DNA from: Okamejei kenojei
Taxonomy: Eukaryota
Assembly: GCA_035221665.1 (NCBI GenBank)
Contig: CM069160.1
Span: forward strand, 1,550,001 to 1,614,000
DNA: 64,000 nt
Reading direction: 5' to 3'
Shown: piece after piece, positions 12,408-25,330 of the stretch
How positions within the stretch are numbered: position 1 is the first letter of the stretch
Layout: each line of letters starts with the position of its first letter
Notes under the pieces: model-generated
Databases searched by the model: none
What the model saw: the letters and a program-made list of their open reading frames with translations, nothing else
What the model was told of the DNA's origin: nothing
Translations under genes and position numbers: made by a program

Positions 12408-12465
12408 CTGCGGACTCGCCTCCACACAGGAGAGCCGCCAGCAGTAGCAGTAGCAGACGCTGCAT
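12408..12465 (-). CDS. UAA: MHC class I exon 1 (signal peptide MQRLLLLLLAALLCGGESA-G)
   Basis: ATG at 12465, hydrophobic leader, donor CAG|GTGGGT in phase 1 that joins the GG of exon 2 to give the mature N-terminus GSH. Confidence 0.88.
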
Positions 12466-12604
12466 GGTCTGTCCAGGTTGCGGCAGGTTTGCGAGTCCCG
12501 GGGCAGAGGGCGGATTCACCTCCAGTCGTCCCGCACTGACTGGTGCCCGCGGCCAAATCACAGTCCGGCCCGCCCGGGAGTCACCGGTATCCGGGCAGAA
12601 GAGC

Positions 12605-12730
12605 CGCAAGATTTATGTCGCTCGCAATGACAGATGGAAAATATCCCAGTCTGTGCAATCAGCAGCGGAGCTGGGGCCCGCCTCACCGGTTGTCGGGGAC
12701 AGTGGAGAGCGTGTGATTTGCAATGACACA
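12605..12730 (-). promoter_or_regulatory. Putative MHC class I proximal promoter (X1/X2-like box, Y-like box, kB-like site, TATA-like box)
   Basis: Minus strand: CCCGACAACCGGTG(AGG) 12697-12684, then 21 nt, CTGATTGC 12662-12655, then GGGATATTTTCC about 12647-12636 and CATAAAT 12617-12611, about 150 nt upstream of the ATG. Confidence 0.55.
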
Positions 12731-12825
12731 CACCGAGAGTGTGCGAGCAGGAGCGAGAGACGCACAGGACCCACCCACACAGATCCTGGAGATACTGACT
12801 AGACGGACCCTGGGGATAGAGAATC

Positions 12826-14150
12826 AGTGAAGAAAGCGAATGGCATGATTCCTGGGATGGCCAGACTGATTCCTGGGATGGCCAGACTGATTCCTGGGAT
12901 GACCAGACTGATTCCTGGGATGGCCAGACTGATTCCTGGGATGGCCAGACTGATTCCTGGGATGGCCAGACTGATTCCTGGGATGGCCAGACTGATTCCT
13001 GGGATGACCAGACTGATTCCTGGGATGACCCAGACTGATTCCTGGGATTGCCAGACTGATTCCTGGGATGGCCGGACTGATTCCTGGGATGACCAGACTG
13101 ATTCCTGGGATGGCCAGACTGATTCCTGGCATGACCAGACTGATTCCTGGGATGACCAGACTGATTCCTGGGATGACCAGACTGATTCCTGAGATGTCCA
13201 GACTGATTCCTGGGATGGCCCAGACTGATTCCTGGGATGCCAGGACTTTCATATGAGGAAAGACTGGATAGACTCGGCTTGTACTCGCTAGAATTTAGAA
13301 GATTGAGAGGGGATCTTATAGAGACTTACACAATTCTTAAGGGGTTGGACAGGCTAGATGCAGGAAGATTGTTCCCGATGTTGGGGAGGACCATAACAAG
13401 GGGTCACAGTTTAAGGATAAGGGGGAAATCTTTTAGGACCGAGATGAGAACAAATATTTTCACACAGAGAGCGGTGAATCTGTGGAATTCTCTGCCACAG
13501 AAGGTAGTTGAGGCCAGTTCATTGGCTATATTTAAGAGGGAGTTAGATGTGGCCCTTGTGGCTAAAGGGATCAGGGGGTATGGAGAGAAGGCAGGTACAG
13601 GATACTGAGTTGGATAATCAGCCATGATCATATTGAATGGCGGTGCAGGCTCGATGGGCCAAATGGCCTACTCCTGCACTATTTTCTATGTTTCTATGAA
13701 TATGAGCATAGAGGTCCTTCTGCAGCTGTACAGAGACCTAGTGAGACCACACCTGGAGTATTGTGTGGAGTTTTGGTCCCCTAATTTGAGGAAGGACATT
13801 CTTGCTATTGAGGGAGTGCAGCGTAGGTTTACAAGGTTAATTCCCAGGATGGCGGGACTGTCATATGCTGAGAGAATGGAGCAGTTGGGCTTGTACACTC
13901 TGCAGTTTAGAAGGATGAGAGGGATTCTCATTGAAACATATAAGATTGTTAAGGGCGGTGGAGGTGGGTTCTCTGGATGCTTTCAAGAGAGAGCTAGAGA
14001 GGGCTCTTAAAAATAGCAGAGTCAGGGGATATGGGGAGAAGGCAGGAACGGGGTACTGATTGGGGATGATCAGCCATGATCACATTGAATGGCGGTGCCG
14101 GCTCGAAGGGCCAAATGGCCTACTCCTGCACATATTGTCTATTGTCTATC
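12826..14150 (+). mobile_element. Two tandem CR1-type LINE 3' fragments
   Basis: ORFs 13237-13608 and 13624-14010 carry CR1 RT C-terminal motifs. Confidence 0.9.
12846..13242. repeat. 21-bp minisatellite (CCAGACTGATTCCTGGGATGG) x19
   Basis: 19 copies of ATTCCTG at 21-22 nt spacing from 12848 to 13228. Confidence 0.95.
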
Positions 14151-14369
14151 TAAGGACAGACACTCGGGACAGACCAGAGGCAAGGACCCTCGGGATAGAG
14201 ACCCTGGGGACACAGACCCTGGGGCTACAGGCTGTGACAGACAAACCTTGAGACACAGACCGTGACACACACCCTGGGGGACACACGTCCTAGCGACACA
14301 AATCCTGAGACACATTAACCAGGGCATCGACCCTGAGACACAGACACAAAGGTATGAACAAGGGCAGTC

Positions 14370-14525
14370 ACGGTTGCGCCGGAGACCTGGTTTGATCCCG
14401 ATTACCGGTGCTGTCTGTACGGAGTTTGTACGTTCTCCCCGTGACCTGCGTGGGTTTTCTCCGAGATCTTCGGTTTCCTCCCATATTCCAGACGGGCAGG
14501 TTTGTAGGTTAATTGGCTTGGTAAA
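14370..14525 (+). mobile_element. V-SINE fragment
   Basis: ggtttgatccc B-box plus gtacggagtttgtacgttctccccgtgacctgcgtggg. Confidence 0.78.
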
Positions 14526-14589
14526 CTATACTACTCCCATCTGCTTACGTTTGACCCATGTCCATCAAAACCTGTACTGTACATGCACT

Positions 14590-17500
14590 GTACATGTCTA
14601 AATGTTTCAAGGTGACCAAGGCTGGGAGCTCAACATGTAAGGGTATTCAATATTCAGGAAAGATAGACCAAAAGGAAGAACAGTTAAAGAGGAGACTAAT
14701 GCATTAGTAAGGAGAGACATTTGCTTGGATGCTGTAGAATTTGTGGGTAGAACTGCAAAATAAACAAGGGTAAAAAACCCTTGTGTACAGACCAGCAAAC
14801 AGCAGTAGGGAGGTTGGGTTTGGCATCAAACACGAAACTAGGGATGCGCGTAGCAAAGGTACAGTAGTTAACATGGGTGACTTTAATCTACATATAGATT
14901 GGGTCAACCAAATTGGTAACAGCGCTGAGGAGGATTTCCTGGAATGTACAGTGGCTTGCAAAAGTTTTCATACCCCTTGAACTTTTCCACATTTTGTCAC
15001 GTTACAACTACAAACGTAAATGTATCTTATTGGGATTTTATGTGATAGACCAACACAAAGTGGTGCATAATTGTGAAGTGGAAGGAAAATGATACATGGT
15101 TTTCAAATTTTTTTACAAATAAAAAACTGAAAAGTGTGGCGTGGGGAAAAAGTATTCAGCCCCCCTTTACTCTGATACCCCTAAATAAAATCCAGTGCAA
15201 CCAATTGCTTTCAGAAGTCTCCTAATTAATAAATAGAGTCCACTTGTGTGTAATCTATTCTCAGTATAAATACAGCTGTTCTGTGAAGGCCTCAGAGGTT
15301 TGTTAGAGAAAAAACAGCATCATGAAGCCCAAGGAACACACCAGACAGGTCAGGGATAAAGTTGTGGAGAAGTTTAAAGCAGGGTTTTAGGTTATAAAAA
15401 TAATATCCAAGCTTTGAAACATCTCAAGGAGCACTGTTCAATCCATCATCCGAAACTGGAAAGAGTATGGCACAACTGCAAACCTACCAAGACATGGCCG
15501 TCCACCTAAACTGACAGGCCGGGCAAGGAGAGAATTGATCAGAGAAGCAGCCAAGAGGCCATGGTAACTCTGGAGAGCTGCAGAGATCCACAGCTCAGGT
15601 GGGAGAATCTGTCCCACAGGACAACTATTAGTCATGCACCCCACAAATCAGGCCCTTTATGGAAGAGTGGCAAGAAGAAAGCATTGTTGAAACAAAGCCA
15701 TAAGAAGTCCAGTTAGCAGTTTGCCACAAGCCATGTGGGGGACACAGCAAACATGTGGGGGAAGATGCTCTGGTCTGATGAGACCTAAATGAAGTTTTTG
15801 GCCTAAATGCAAAAACGCTATGTGTTGGCGGAAAAGTAACACTGCACATCACCCTGAACACACCATCCCCACTGTGAAACATGGTGGTGGCAGCATCATG
15901 CTGTGGGGATGCTTTTCTTCAGCGAGGGACAGGGAAGCTGGTCAGAGTTGATGGAAAGATGGATGGAGTCAAATACAGGGCAATCTTCAAAGAAAACCTG
16001 TTAGAGACTTCAAAAGACTTGAGATTGGGGCGGAGGTTCACCTTCCAGCAGGACAACAACCGTTAAACATAAAGCCAGAGCTACAATGGAATGGTTTAGA
16101 TCAAAGCATATTCATGTGTTAGAATGGCCCAGTCAAAGTCCAGACCTAAATCCAATTGAGAATCTCTGGCAAGACTTGAAAATTGCTGTTCACAGACGCT
16201 CTCCATCCAATCTGACGAGCTTGAGCTATTTTGCAAAGAAGAATGGGCAAAAATTTCAGTCTCTAGATGTGCAAAGCTGGTAGAGACATTACCCCAAAGC
16301 TTGCAGCGAAAGGTGGTTCTACAAAGTATTGACTCACGCGGGCGAAAACTTTTGCACGCCACACTTTTCAGTTTTTTATTTGTAATAAAATTTGGAAACC
16401 ATGTATCATTTTCCTTCCACTTCACAATTGTGCACCATTTTTGTGTTGGTCTATCACATAAATCCCAATAAAACACAGTTACGTTTTGTGGTTGTAACGT
16501 GGACAAAATGTGTGGGAGAAGTTCAAGGGGTGTATGAATACTTTTGCAAGCCACTGTATAATGGGGATGGTTTTCTAAGCCAATATGTAGAGGAACCAAC
16601 TAGAGGTAGGCCATCCTGGACTGGTTATTGTGTAATGAGGAAGGATTAGTTAGCAATCTTGTTGTGCAAAGCCCTTTGGGAACAGTGCCCATAATATGGT
16701 GGAATTCTGCATTAGGATGGACACAGTTAATCCAGAGGACTAGGGCCCCAAACTTAAACAAATTAGACTTTGTTGGTAGGAGACAGGAATTGGCAAGGAC
16801 AGACTGGCAAATTATACTGAAAGGGTTGAGGGTAGAGATGCGATGGCAAAGAATTTAAAGATTGCATGGATTTGACTATAAAAATTGTTCACCTCTGCCG
16901 GCGAAAAAAATAAAATGGGGGAAGGTGGCTCAACCGTGGCTAAGGAGGGAAATTAAGGAGAGTAATAAATCAAAGGAAGAGGCATATAAATTGGCCAGAG
17001 GAAACAGCAAACTGGGATAAATTTAGAATTCAACTGAATAGGACAAAGGGGTAAGTTAATAGGGGGAAGAAGAGCTTGAAACATAGAAACATAGAAAATA
17101 GGTGCAGGAGGAGGCCATTCGGCTCTTCGAGCCAGCACCCGCCATTCATTGTGATCATGGCTGAAAGAAAGATTGTGGGGAATATAAAAACTGTCTGTAA
17201 AAACTTCTTTAGATATGTGAAGAAGAAAAGATTAGTGAAGACAAATGTAGGTCCCTTACAGTCAGGAGAACAGGTGTATTTATAAGGGGAAATAAGTTAA
17301 TGGCAGACCAGCTTAAACAGATGCTTTGGTTCCGACTTCATTAAGGAACTCACATAATAATTCTCCCCGGAAATACTAGGGGACCGAGGATCTAGTGGGA
17401 GGGAGGAATTTGAAGGAATCCACATTAATCAGGAAATGGTGTTAGGTAAACTGTTGGGACTGTAGGCCTACAGATCCCCAGGGCCTGGCGGTCCTGCATC

Positions 17501-18716
17501 CCAGAGTACTCACGCAGGTGGCCCTAGAAATCGTCGATGTATTGTGTGATCATTTTCCAATGTTTTATGGACTAGAATCAGATCCTTATATACAGGAGGG
17601 TAGATAATGTCACCTTTCTTTTAAGAAAGGAGGGGAGAATTTTGAATTATAGACTAGTTACCTACATTGGTGGTGGGAGGACTGCTTGAATCGATTATTA
17701 AAGATGTAATATTGGTAGGCCCATTTGGAAATCAGTGGCAGAATCGGTCAGAGTCAGCATGGATTTATGAAGGGGAAAAATCATGCTTGACTAATCATCT
17801 GGATTTTTTTTTGAGGATGTAACAAATAGAATGTGATAGGGGAGAGGCCAGTGGATGTGGTATATCTGGACTTTTCAAAAAAGCTTTTTGACAAGGTCCC
17901 ACACAAGAGCTAAGTGAGCAAAATGAGAGCACATGGTATTGGGAGAAGGATATTGACATGGATGCAGAACTGGTTGGTGGACTGGAAGCAAAGAACAGGA
18001 ATTAACGGGTCCTTTTCAAAATGGCAGGCAATATTCATTGGGCTGGTATTCACTGAAAATTAGGAGGAGAGGAGATCTTAAAGAAACATTGAATTCTTAA
18101 GGGATTGGACAGGCTAGATGCAGGAAAAATATCCACGATGTTGGGGGAGTCCAGAACCAGGGGTCACAGGTTAAAAATAAGGGGTAGGCCACTTAAGACT
18201 GAGATGAGGAAAACCTTTTTCGTCCAGAGAATTGTGAATCTGTGGAATTCTTTGCCACAGAATGCAGTGGAGGTCAATTCGCTGGATGTTTTCAAGGGAG
18301 TGTTAGATTTAGGCCTTAGGGCTAAATTAATCAATATGGAATGCAGGAAAAATGTTCCCAATGTTGCAGGAAAAATGTTTCCCAATGTTGGGTGGAGTCC
18401 CAGAACCAGGGGCCACAGTCCTTAGAATAAAGGGGAGGTCATTTATGACTGAGCTGAGAAAAAACCTTTTCACCCAGAGAGTTGTGAATTTATGGAATTC
18501 CCTGCCACAGAGGGCAGTGGAGGCCAAGTCACTGGATGGATTCAAGAGAGAGTTGGATAGAACTCTAGGGGCTAGTGGAGTCAAGGGATATGGGGAGAAG
18601 GCAGGCACGGGTTATTGATAGCGGACGATCAGCCATGATCACAATGAATGGCGATGCTGGCACGAAGGGCCGAATGGCCTCCTCCTGCACATATTTTCTA
18701 TGTTTCTATGTTTCTA
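14590..18716 (+). mobile_element. Long decayed CR1 LINE (endonuclease to RT) interrupted by Tc1, plus younger 3' fragments
   Basis: VYRP, MGDFNL and EEDFLEC before the Tc1; DGFLSQYVEEPTR after it; QHGFMKG and VDVVYLDF further on. Confidence 0.85.
14949..16556 (+). mobile_element. Tc1/mariner DNA transposon, full length, transposase pseudogene (about 15322-16332)
   Basis: TA duplications at 14947-48 and 16557-58; about 200-bp inverted repeats starting CAGTGGCTTGCAAAAG; MKPKEH..., WSDET, FQQDN and [11 protein letters not shown] with frameshifts. Confidence 0.95.
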
Positions 18717-20027
18717 TATGGGGGAAAAGCAGAAATGGGTACTGATTTTGGATGATCAGCCATGATCATATTCGGTGCTGGCTCGACAGGGCGAATGGCT
18801 TACTCCTGCACCTACTTTCTTTGTTCTATGTTTCTGTGTTCAGAAGTCATGATTGAACCGGCTTCAACGATCTCTTCCTTCAACTATCTCCTTCCTCTCT
18901 ACAAGACCAGTCTCCTAAACTCAGGTATCCAGTCCATCCAGTCGTTCCCCACAGCTCGTTCCCTCCTGACCCCGTAGCTTCCTAGTAAATCTGGTTTTGC
19001 ACCTTGTCCAGTTTAATGACAGGTACAAAACAGTATACACCAAATGCGGCCTTACCAATATCTTGTTAAGCTGTAACATAGTTCGTCATCTACTGTACTC
19101 CATGATTGATGAAGGCAAGCATGTCACGTGCCTCCTTCATCACCCTGTCAACCGTGCCCATCACCTTCATGGAACAATGTACCAATACCCCGGGGTCTCT
19201 GTCCTACAACACTACATCGAGTCCTGGCACTCACGGCGCAAGTCCTGTCCCACCACCTTGCATCTATCGTCATTAAATTCCACCCACCATTTCTTGGCCC
19301 AGTGTCCCAGGCGATCAAGATCCCAATGTAGATCACCTTCACTGTCCATCTGTGTAGAGAGAATCAGAGGCAACGTTTCAGGACTGAGAACACTTGACAG
19401 AAATCACACGAATGAGGCTGGATGCTCACAGGTATTCCACCCATTTCCTTCTTCCCCTCCTCATTCCCTCTCCTTCCCATTCCCACCTCCCGTCCCCTGC
19501 TTCCCATCCGCTCCAGTTCCCCACCCCACCTCCCCCTCCAATGCCATCTCGATCCCATGCCTCCCCTCCTCTTCCCCTCCACTCCTTTCCCATCTTCCCC
19601 CCCCCCTCCTCTTGCACGAAAACACTCCCTCTCTATAGTCTACTGGGGCAGCACTCTCCCTCAGTCCAGTCCTCTGCTTCCAGCCCCTATGTACAAACCG
19701 GGGTGGGGGGGGGGGGGCACGGTTCGTCAGTGTGCGAGGGACACGAATCCGTCACAAGGGTTGGAGATGGTGTTCAATGGGGGGGGGGGGGAGAGATAGC
19801 ACACAATGGGGAAGAAACAGCGACCCGTCTCCCATTCACTGATCGACTGTGCCCCCCCCCCCCCCCACGGGTCCCCACTGTCAATTACGGAGGGGAATGT
19901 GGCGTAGACTCTTTTCGAAATGGAGAAATCAGAGGTGCAAAGAGACTTGCAAAGGGATAGTGAGGGAGGCAATTGCAATGTAAGCATTCATTTTGGGAGG
20001 ATTACATCCTCCTTCGGAAGGACTATA

Positions 20028-21210
20028 TCCTGGTGAGACCACATCTGGAGTATTGTGTACAGTTTTGGTCTCCTAATTTGAGGAAGGACATCCTTGTGAT
20101 TGAGGCAGTGCAGCGTAGGTTCACGAGATTGATCCCTGGGGTGGCGGGACTGTGATATGAGGAAAGATTAAAAAGACTAGGCTTGTATTCACTGGAGTTT
20201 AGAAGGATGAGGGGTTTTCTTATAGAAACATATAAAATTATAAACGGGCTGGACAAGCTAGATGCAGGAAAAATGTTCCCAATGTTGGTCGAGTCCAGAA
20301 CCAGGGGCCACAGTCTTAGAATAAAGGGGAGGTCATTTAAGACTGAGGTGAGAAAACTTTTTCACCCACAGAGTTGCGAATTTATGGAATTCCCTGCCAC
20401 AGAGGGCAGTGGAGGCCAAGTCACTGGATGGATTGAAGAGAGTGTTAGATAGAGCTCTAGGGGCTAGTGGAGTCAAGTGATATGGGGAGAAGGCAGGCAC
20501 GGGTTATTGATAGCGGACAATCAGCCATGATCACAATGAGTGGCGGTGCTGGCTCAAAGGGCCGAATGGCCTCCTCCTGCATCTATTTTCTATGTTTCTA
20601 TGACTAGAATATAAAAGCGTGGATGTAATGCTGAGGCTCTAAAAGGCACTGGTCAGTCCGTACATAGAGCAGTTTGGGCCCCGTATCTGGGGAGGGATGT
20701 GCTTGCGTAGGAAAGGATCCAGATGGGCTTTACGAGAATGATGAGCATCTGATGGCACTGGGCCTGTACTAGCTGGAGTTTTTGAAGGATGAGAGAGGAG
20801 GGGGAGGGGCAGGGGGAGGGTTCTAATTGCAACTTACCGAATAGTGAATGGCCCGGGTAGAGTGGAGATGGAGAGGATATTTCCACTAGTGGGAGAGTCT
20901 CGGATTAGAGGGCACAGACTCGGAATAAAAGTACATACCTTTCGAAACGAGATGAGGATCATATCTTTAGCCAGGTGGTGGTGAATCTGTGGAATTCAAT
21001 GCCACAGATGATTATGGAGGCTGAGGCTTTGAGTACTTTTCAAGTGGATAGTGTCAGGTTTCTTGATTAATAACTGTCAAAGGATATGGGAGAAGGCAAA
21101 AGAATGGGGTTTGAGAGGGAAAGGGGCGATCACCATGATCACAATGAATGGCGCTGCTGGCACGAAGGGCCCGAACGGCCTCCTCCTGCACCTATTTTTT
21201 ATGTTTCTAT
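20028..21210 (+). mobile_element. CR1-type LINE 3' fragments (two)
   Basis: [15 protein letters not shown]...; (tctatgtt)n tails near 20600 and 21210. Confidence 0.88.
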
Positions 21211-22528
21211 GTGTAAAAGTGCCAGAGACCCATATTGATCCTGAATATGGGTGCTGCCTGTAGGAGTTTGCTCCTTTTCCCTTTGATCGCATGGGTTTTC
21301 ACCGGTGCCTCCTTGTTTCCTTCCACATTCCAAAGGTGTGGCAGAACCCATTTCCGGCCCAACCCAAAATATAATATTTTCCTTTTGGTCCAGAGATTCT
21401 GTCTGACCTTGATTGATTTGATTTGATTTGATTTTATTACTTGTCATTCGAAACCTCAGAGAGGCTACAAAACGAAACGCCGCTTCTACAGCCGTACAAA
21501 CAAACAAAACAGAAACAATTCAATAAAAAACACACAAACAATTAAATTCACACAAACATCCATCACAGTGAATCTCCATCCTCACTGTGAAAAAAATGGA
21601 AGGCCAAAGTTCTTCTCCCTCACCTCCGCACTCATTTTTCTATCTCGCCATGTCGAAGCCCCAGGCCGGGCGGTGTTAAGTCCCACGGCCATTGAGCCGC
21701 GCCGGGCGATGTAATGATGACCCCCGCTACTAGGCCCCAAAAGTCACAAAGTTGGAGCCCCCCGCGGGCGCTGGAATGTCCCACGGCCATTAAAGCCCGC
21801 GCCCGGGCGATTGTACGGCGCCGCTCCGGGTTGTTTCCAACACACACATTACTGTACGATAGAACGTTATTATTCCAGGAGGGAAATTGTGTGTGTGTGT
21901 ATATATATTATACACACACACACACACACATATATATACAATTATATAAATTATACACCATTTGTTTTCATCGTTTAATAACATTTTTTGGGTTTTTACA
22001 GAGTACTATGTTTACATAATTCTGTTTTGAGCTGCTGCAAGTAAGGATTTCATTGTTCCTAACTGGACGAATGAGAAATAAAACACTCCTTGAACGTACT
22101 ACCGCTAATATGTGGATAGAACGTAGTGGACGCGGTGGGCCGAATGGCCTGTTTTCATGCTGTAACTTTAATAAAACTAAAACCACTAAACCCAGAGGAG
22201 TCTAAATGAAGGGTCTCATACGAAACTTCAACCCAATTTCTTCTAACCAGAGAGCTGGCTGCTCCATGGAGTTCCCCCTACACAATTAAAGCATGGAATA
22301 GTCCTTCACCCTAACCATAAGTTACCCAACCAGAAGCAACTAAATGTTAAGGTCCCAAGAACCGTTTTATTATTGCTAAAGTCCCAAGTCAAGAAGTTTT
22401 TTATTGTCATTCCGTCCCAGAGAGGACAATTAAATTCTTGCTTTGCCTGCAGCACAACAGAATATGTAAACAAATACAGCACAAAGGAGATAAAAGTTCA
22501 GTGTGGTTTAATAACCATAGACCATATA

Positions 22529-22569
<41 letters not shown>

Positions 22570-22907
22570 AGAAAACAAAAAATTTCAAGGTTATTTATTG
22601 ACACATACATACCAATTGAATGGATGAAATGATTCTTTGCCAAAGCAGCAACCATAAAAAGAATACAACATAAACAATAATAAAGTGATTTAAACATAAA
22701 AAACAACCCCCACAATGGTTCCCATTATGAGGGAAGGCACAAAGTCCCCCAGTCCCCATCCCATGTCCACCCATAGTCGGGCCTATTGAGTCCTCCGCAG
22801 TCGCCTTCACAGAAGGCCTAGATGTTCCAGTCCGTTCTCATCGGGTGATGGGGCTCTGGGACGGGGGGAGAGGGTGGCGGGGGGGGGGGGGCGGGCCTCA
22901 GCGGCTT

Positions 22908-23450
22908 ACATAGAAAATAGTGCAGGGAGTAGAGCCATTCGGCCCTTCGAGCCTGCACTGTCCATTCACTAATGATTCATGGCTGATCATCCCAACTCAG
23001 TATCCTGTACCATGCCTTCTCTCCATACCCCCTTAGCCACAAGGGCCACATCTAACTCCCACTGTAAATATAGCCATGAACTGGCCTCAAACTACCTTCA
23101 GTGGCAGAGAATTCCACAGATTCACCACTCCTCTGTGTGAAAAATGGATTTTCTCCAACTTGTCCTAAAAGACTTTCCCCTTTTAACCTTAAAACTGTGA
23201 CCCCTTGTTCTGGATTTCCCCAAACCATCGGGAATCAATCTTCCTGCATCTACCCTGTCCAACCCCTTAAGAAATCTTTTAAGTCTCTATAAGATCCCCC
23301 CTCCAATCTCTAAATCCAGCAAGTACAAGCCGAGACTATCCAGTCTTTCTCATATGGAAGTCTGCCAATCCCAGGAATCAGTCAGGTGAACCTTCTCTGT
23401 ACTCCTACCTCCAGGCAAGAAATGTCATTTCCTCAGATTTGGAGACCACA
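22908..23450 (-). mobile_element. CR1-type LINE 3' fragment
   Basis: Reverse complement of the same CR1 3' end, with indels. Confidence 0.85.
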
Positions 23451-24169
23451 TTGGCTTGTGACACCAGGAACGCCGCTTCCTTAACCGGAGTCCGCAGCTT
23501 CCGAAGCTACAAGGCCCGCGGGACTCTGAGTGGAGCATCTCCACTCTCACGAGGCTCCCAATTTGTTGACGTCCACAGCTCGTGCTCCCCGCCCCCAGTG
23601 GCAGCTCCACAGACACGGCTGCTTCAGCGATTGTGTTTCTGGCGTCTCAGCTCACCGGAGTTCCAGTGCTGGCACGACCCAGGCAAGGCATCCGCCACCT
23701 ACCGCTCCGCCAGATGCGCGATCCAGCCACTGCCGCCGCTGCCGAAGCCGAGGTTCTGGGCGGTCTCCTCAGGAAAGCGCACATCCCTCCCAGGCCGCTG
23801 GGTAGGCCGCGAATAAACAGTTAACCAGAAATAAACAGTAAAATGCCTATAGGCTGTTTATTGTTTCATAGTCCTAACATACCACCTCCCAGTTTAAATT
23901 CCAACATTTCCAGAAATACCTTTATGGAGGTCACAGATAAGCAGAAGCAAGGAGTTCCTCCGGGAGTTACTCATGATCCAGATCGGGGAGAGATTCTTGT
24001 GTTGGTTATTCAGAGGCGTGGCAAGGCACCGGCAACACTCCGGCACAGCAATGGTGCGACAGACTCTCGGCCTACATTCAAACATCTGAGGGGAGCAAAG
24101 ACGTGCCCAAGCGGCTCGCTCCAGTCCGCCCGTGTGCAGTTGCCACAATGCGCCTAGGATGCCAGGCTC

Positions 24170-25330
24170 CACACTCGGATGATGTGCGGGGGTGGATGTG
24201 CTGTCTGCTAGCAGTCAGAGCCATGTGCAGGCGGGCAGGGTTGTGCTGGCCCGTAGCAGTGCGCAATGTGCAGGGGGTACAGGTGTGCTGGCCGTAGCTG
24301 TGCGCCATGTCGCAGGGGGGACCTCCTGAGGACCCTGTGCTCCCCGGTCCATAAGCAGTGAGCATGTGCAGGGGGTGGTTGTGCTGGCCCGTTACCCTAG
24401 CGGCCTGCACATGTGCTGGACTAGCCGAGCCGATGATGTGCTGGCCGTTAGCAGTGCGAGTGTTGCAGGGGGTGGATGTGCCTGCAGTTAGCTGTGCGCA
24501 TGTGCTATGGGGGAGGGAATGTGCTGGCCATAGGCAGTGCGCATGTTGCAGCGGGGAGGATGAGTGCTGGGACAGTCGGTCTCACCGGTGGCACGTAGCA
24601 CATGTGCCATGGGACGGCCCGATGGATGATGATGGCCGTCCAGCAGTGCGCATGTGCAGGGGGAGATGTGCTACCGGCCGTGGTTGTACGCATGTAGAAG
24701 GGAGAGGATGTGCTGGATCACCGTAAGCAGTGTCGCATCATGTAGCAGGGTGCGACGGGGATGTGCTGGCCATTAGCAGTGCGCGTGCGCAGGGGGAGAG
24801 AGGATGTGGTGCCAATAGCAGTGCGCACATGTGCAGGGGGAGGAGAGGAGTGCTGGCCCATAGCATGTGGCAACCAGTGCGCGTGTTGTCAGGGGGTAGG
24901 ATAGTGCTGGCCACTTGCTGTGCAGTGCTACATGTGCAGGGGGAGGATGTGCTGGCGTAGCAGTTAGCGTTGTGTGCAGGGGGAGACTTTTGTGAGCTGG
25001 CCATAGCAGTGCGCGGTGTGGAGGGGGTGGGCATGTGTTGGCCATTAGTGTGCGCGTGTGTAGGGGAGTGGATGTTGCTGGCCGTCAGCAGTGCGGAAAT
25101 TGAGCGCAGGGCTGCAGTTGATCGGGTTGCTGTATAACGTAGCAGTGATCATGTGTGCAGGGAGAGGATGTGCGTGGCCGTTGCAGTGTACATGTGCTCA
25201 GGGGATAGAGAATGTGGATGGACGTAAGATCAGGAGTACATGTGATGGGGGAGGAAATGTGCGGCCCGTAGATGTGCGCGCTATAGGATCTGTGCAGGGA
25301 GAGATGTGCGGGCCAGTGGTTGTGTGCGAA
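24170..25330. repeat. Degenerate minisatellite, unit about 40 bp (gcagtgcgcatgtgcagggggaggatgtgctggccgta)
   Basis: Recurrent gcagtgcgcatgtgcagggg and atgtgctggcc motifs. Confidence 0.85.

Larger units (their letters stand above)
593..12465 (-). other. UAA: MHC class I heavy-chain gene, classical (Ia/UAA-like) type; gene span of five exons, 3' exons not seen in window
   Basis: Leader, alpha1, alpha2, alpha3 and TM exons in the correct order with GT/AG boundaries; the introns joining leader, alpha1, alpha2 and alpha3 are phase 1. The symbol is inferred from conserved peptide-anchoring residues. Confidence 0.93.

Noticed and set aside
12831-12843. ISRE for the class I gene (GAAAGCGAAT)
   Set aside because: Imperfect match, and ordinary CR1 sequence present in many copies in this window.
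12846-13242. CRISPR-like regular repeat
   Set aside because: Head-to-tail units without unique spacers, derived from CR1, in a eukaryotic context with no cas genes.
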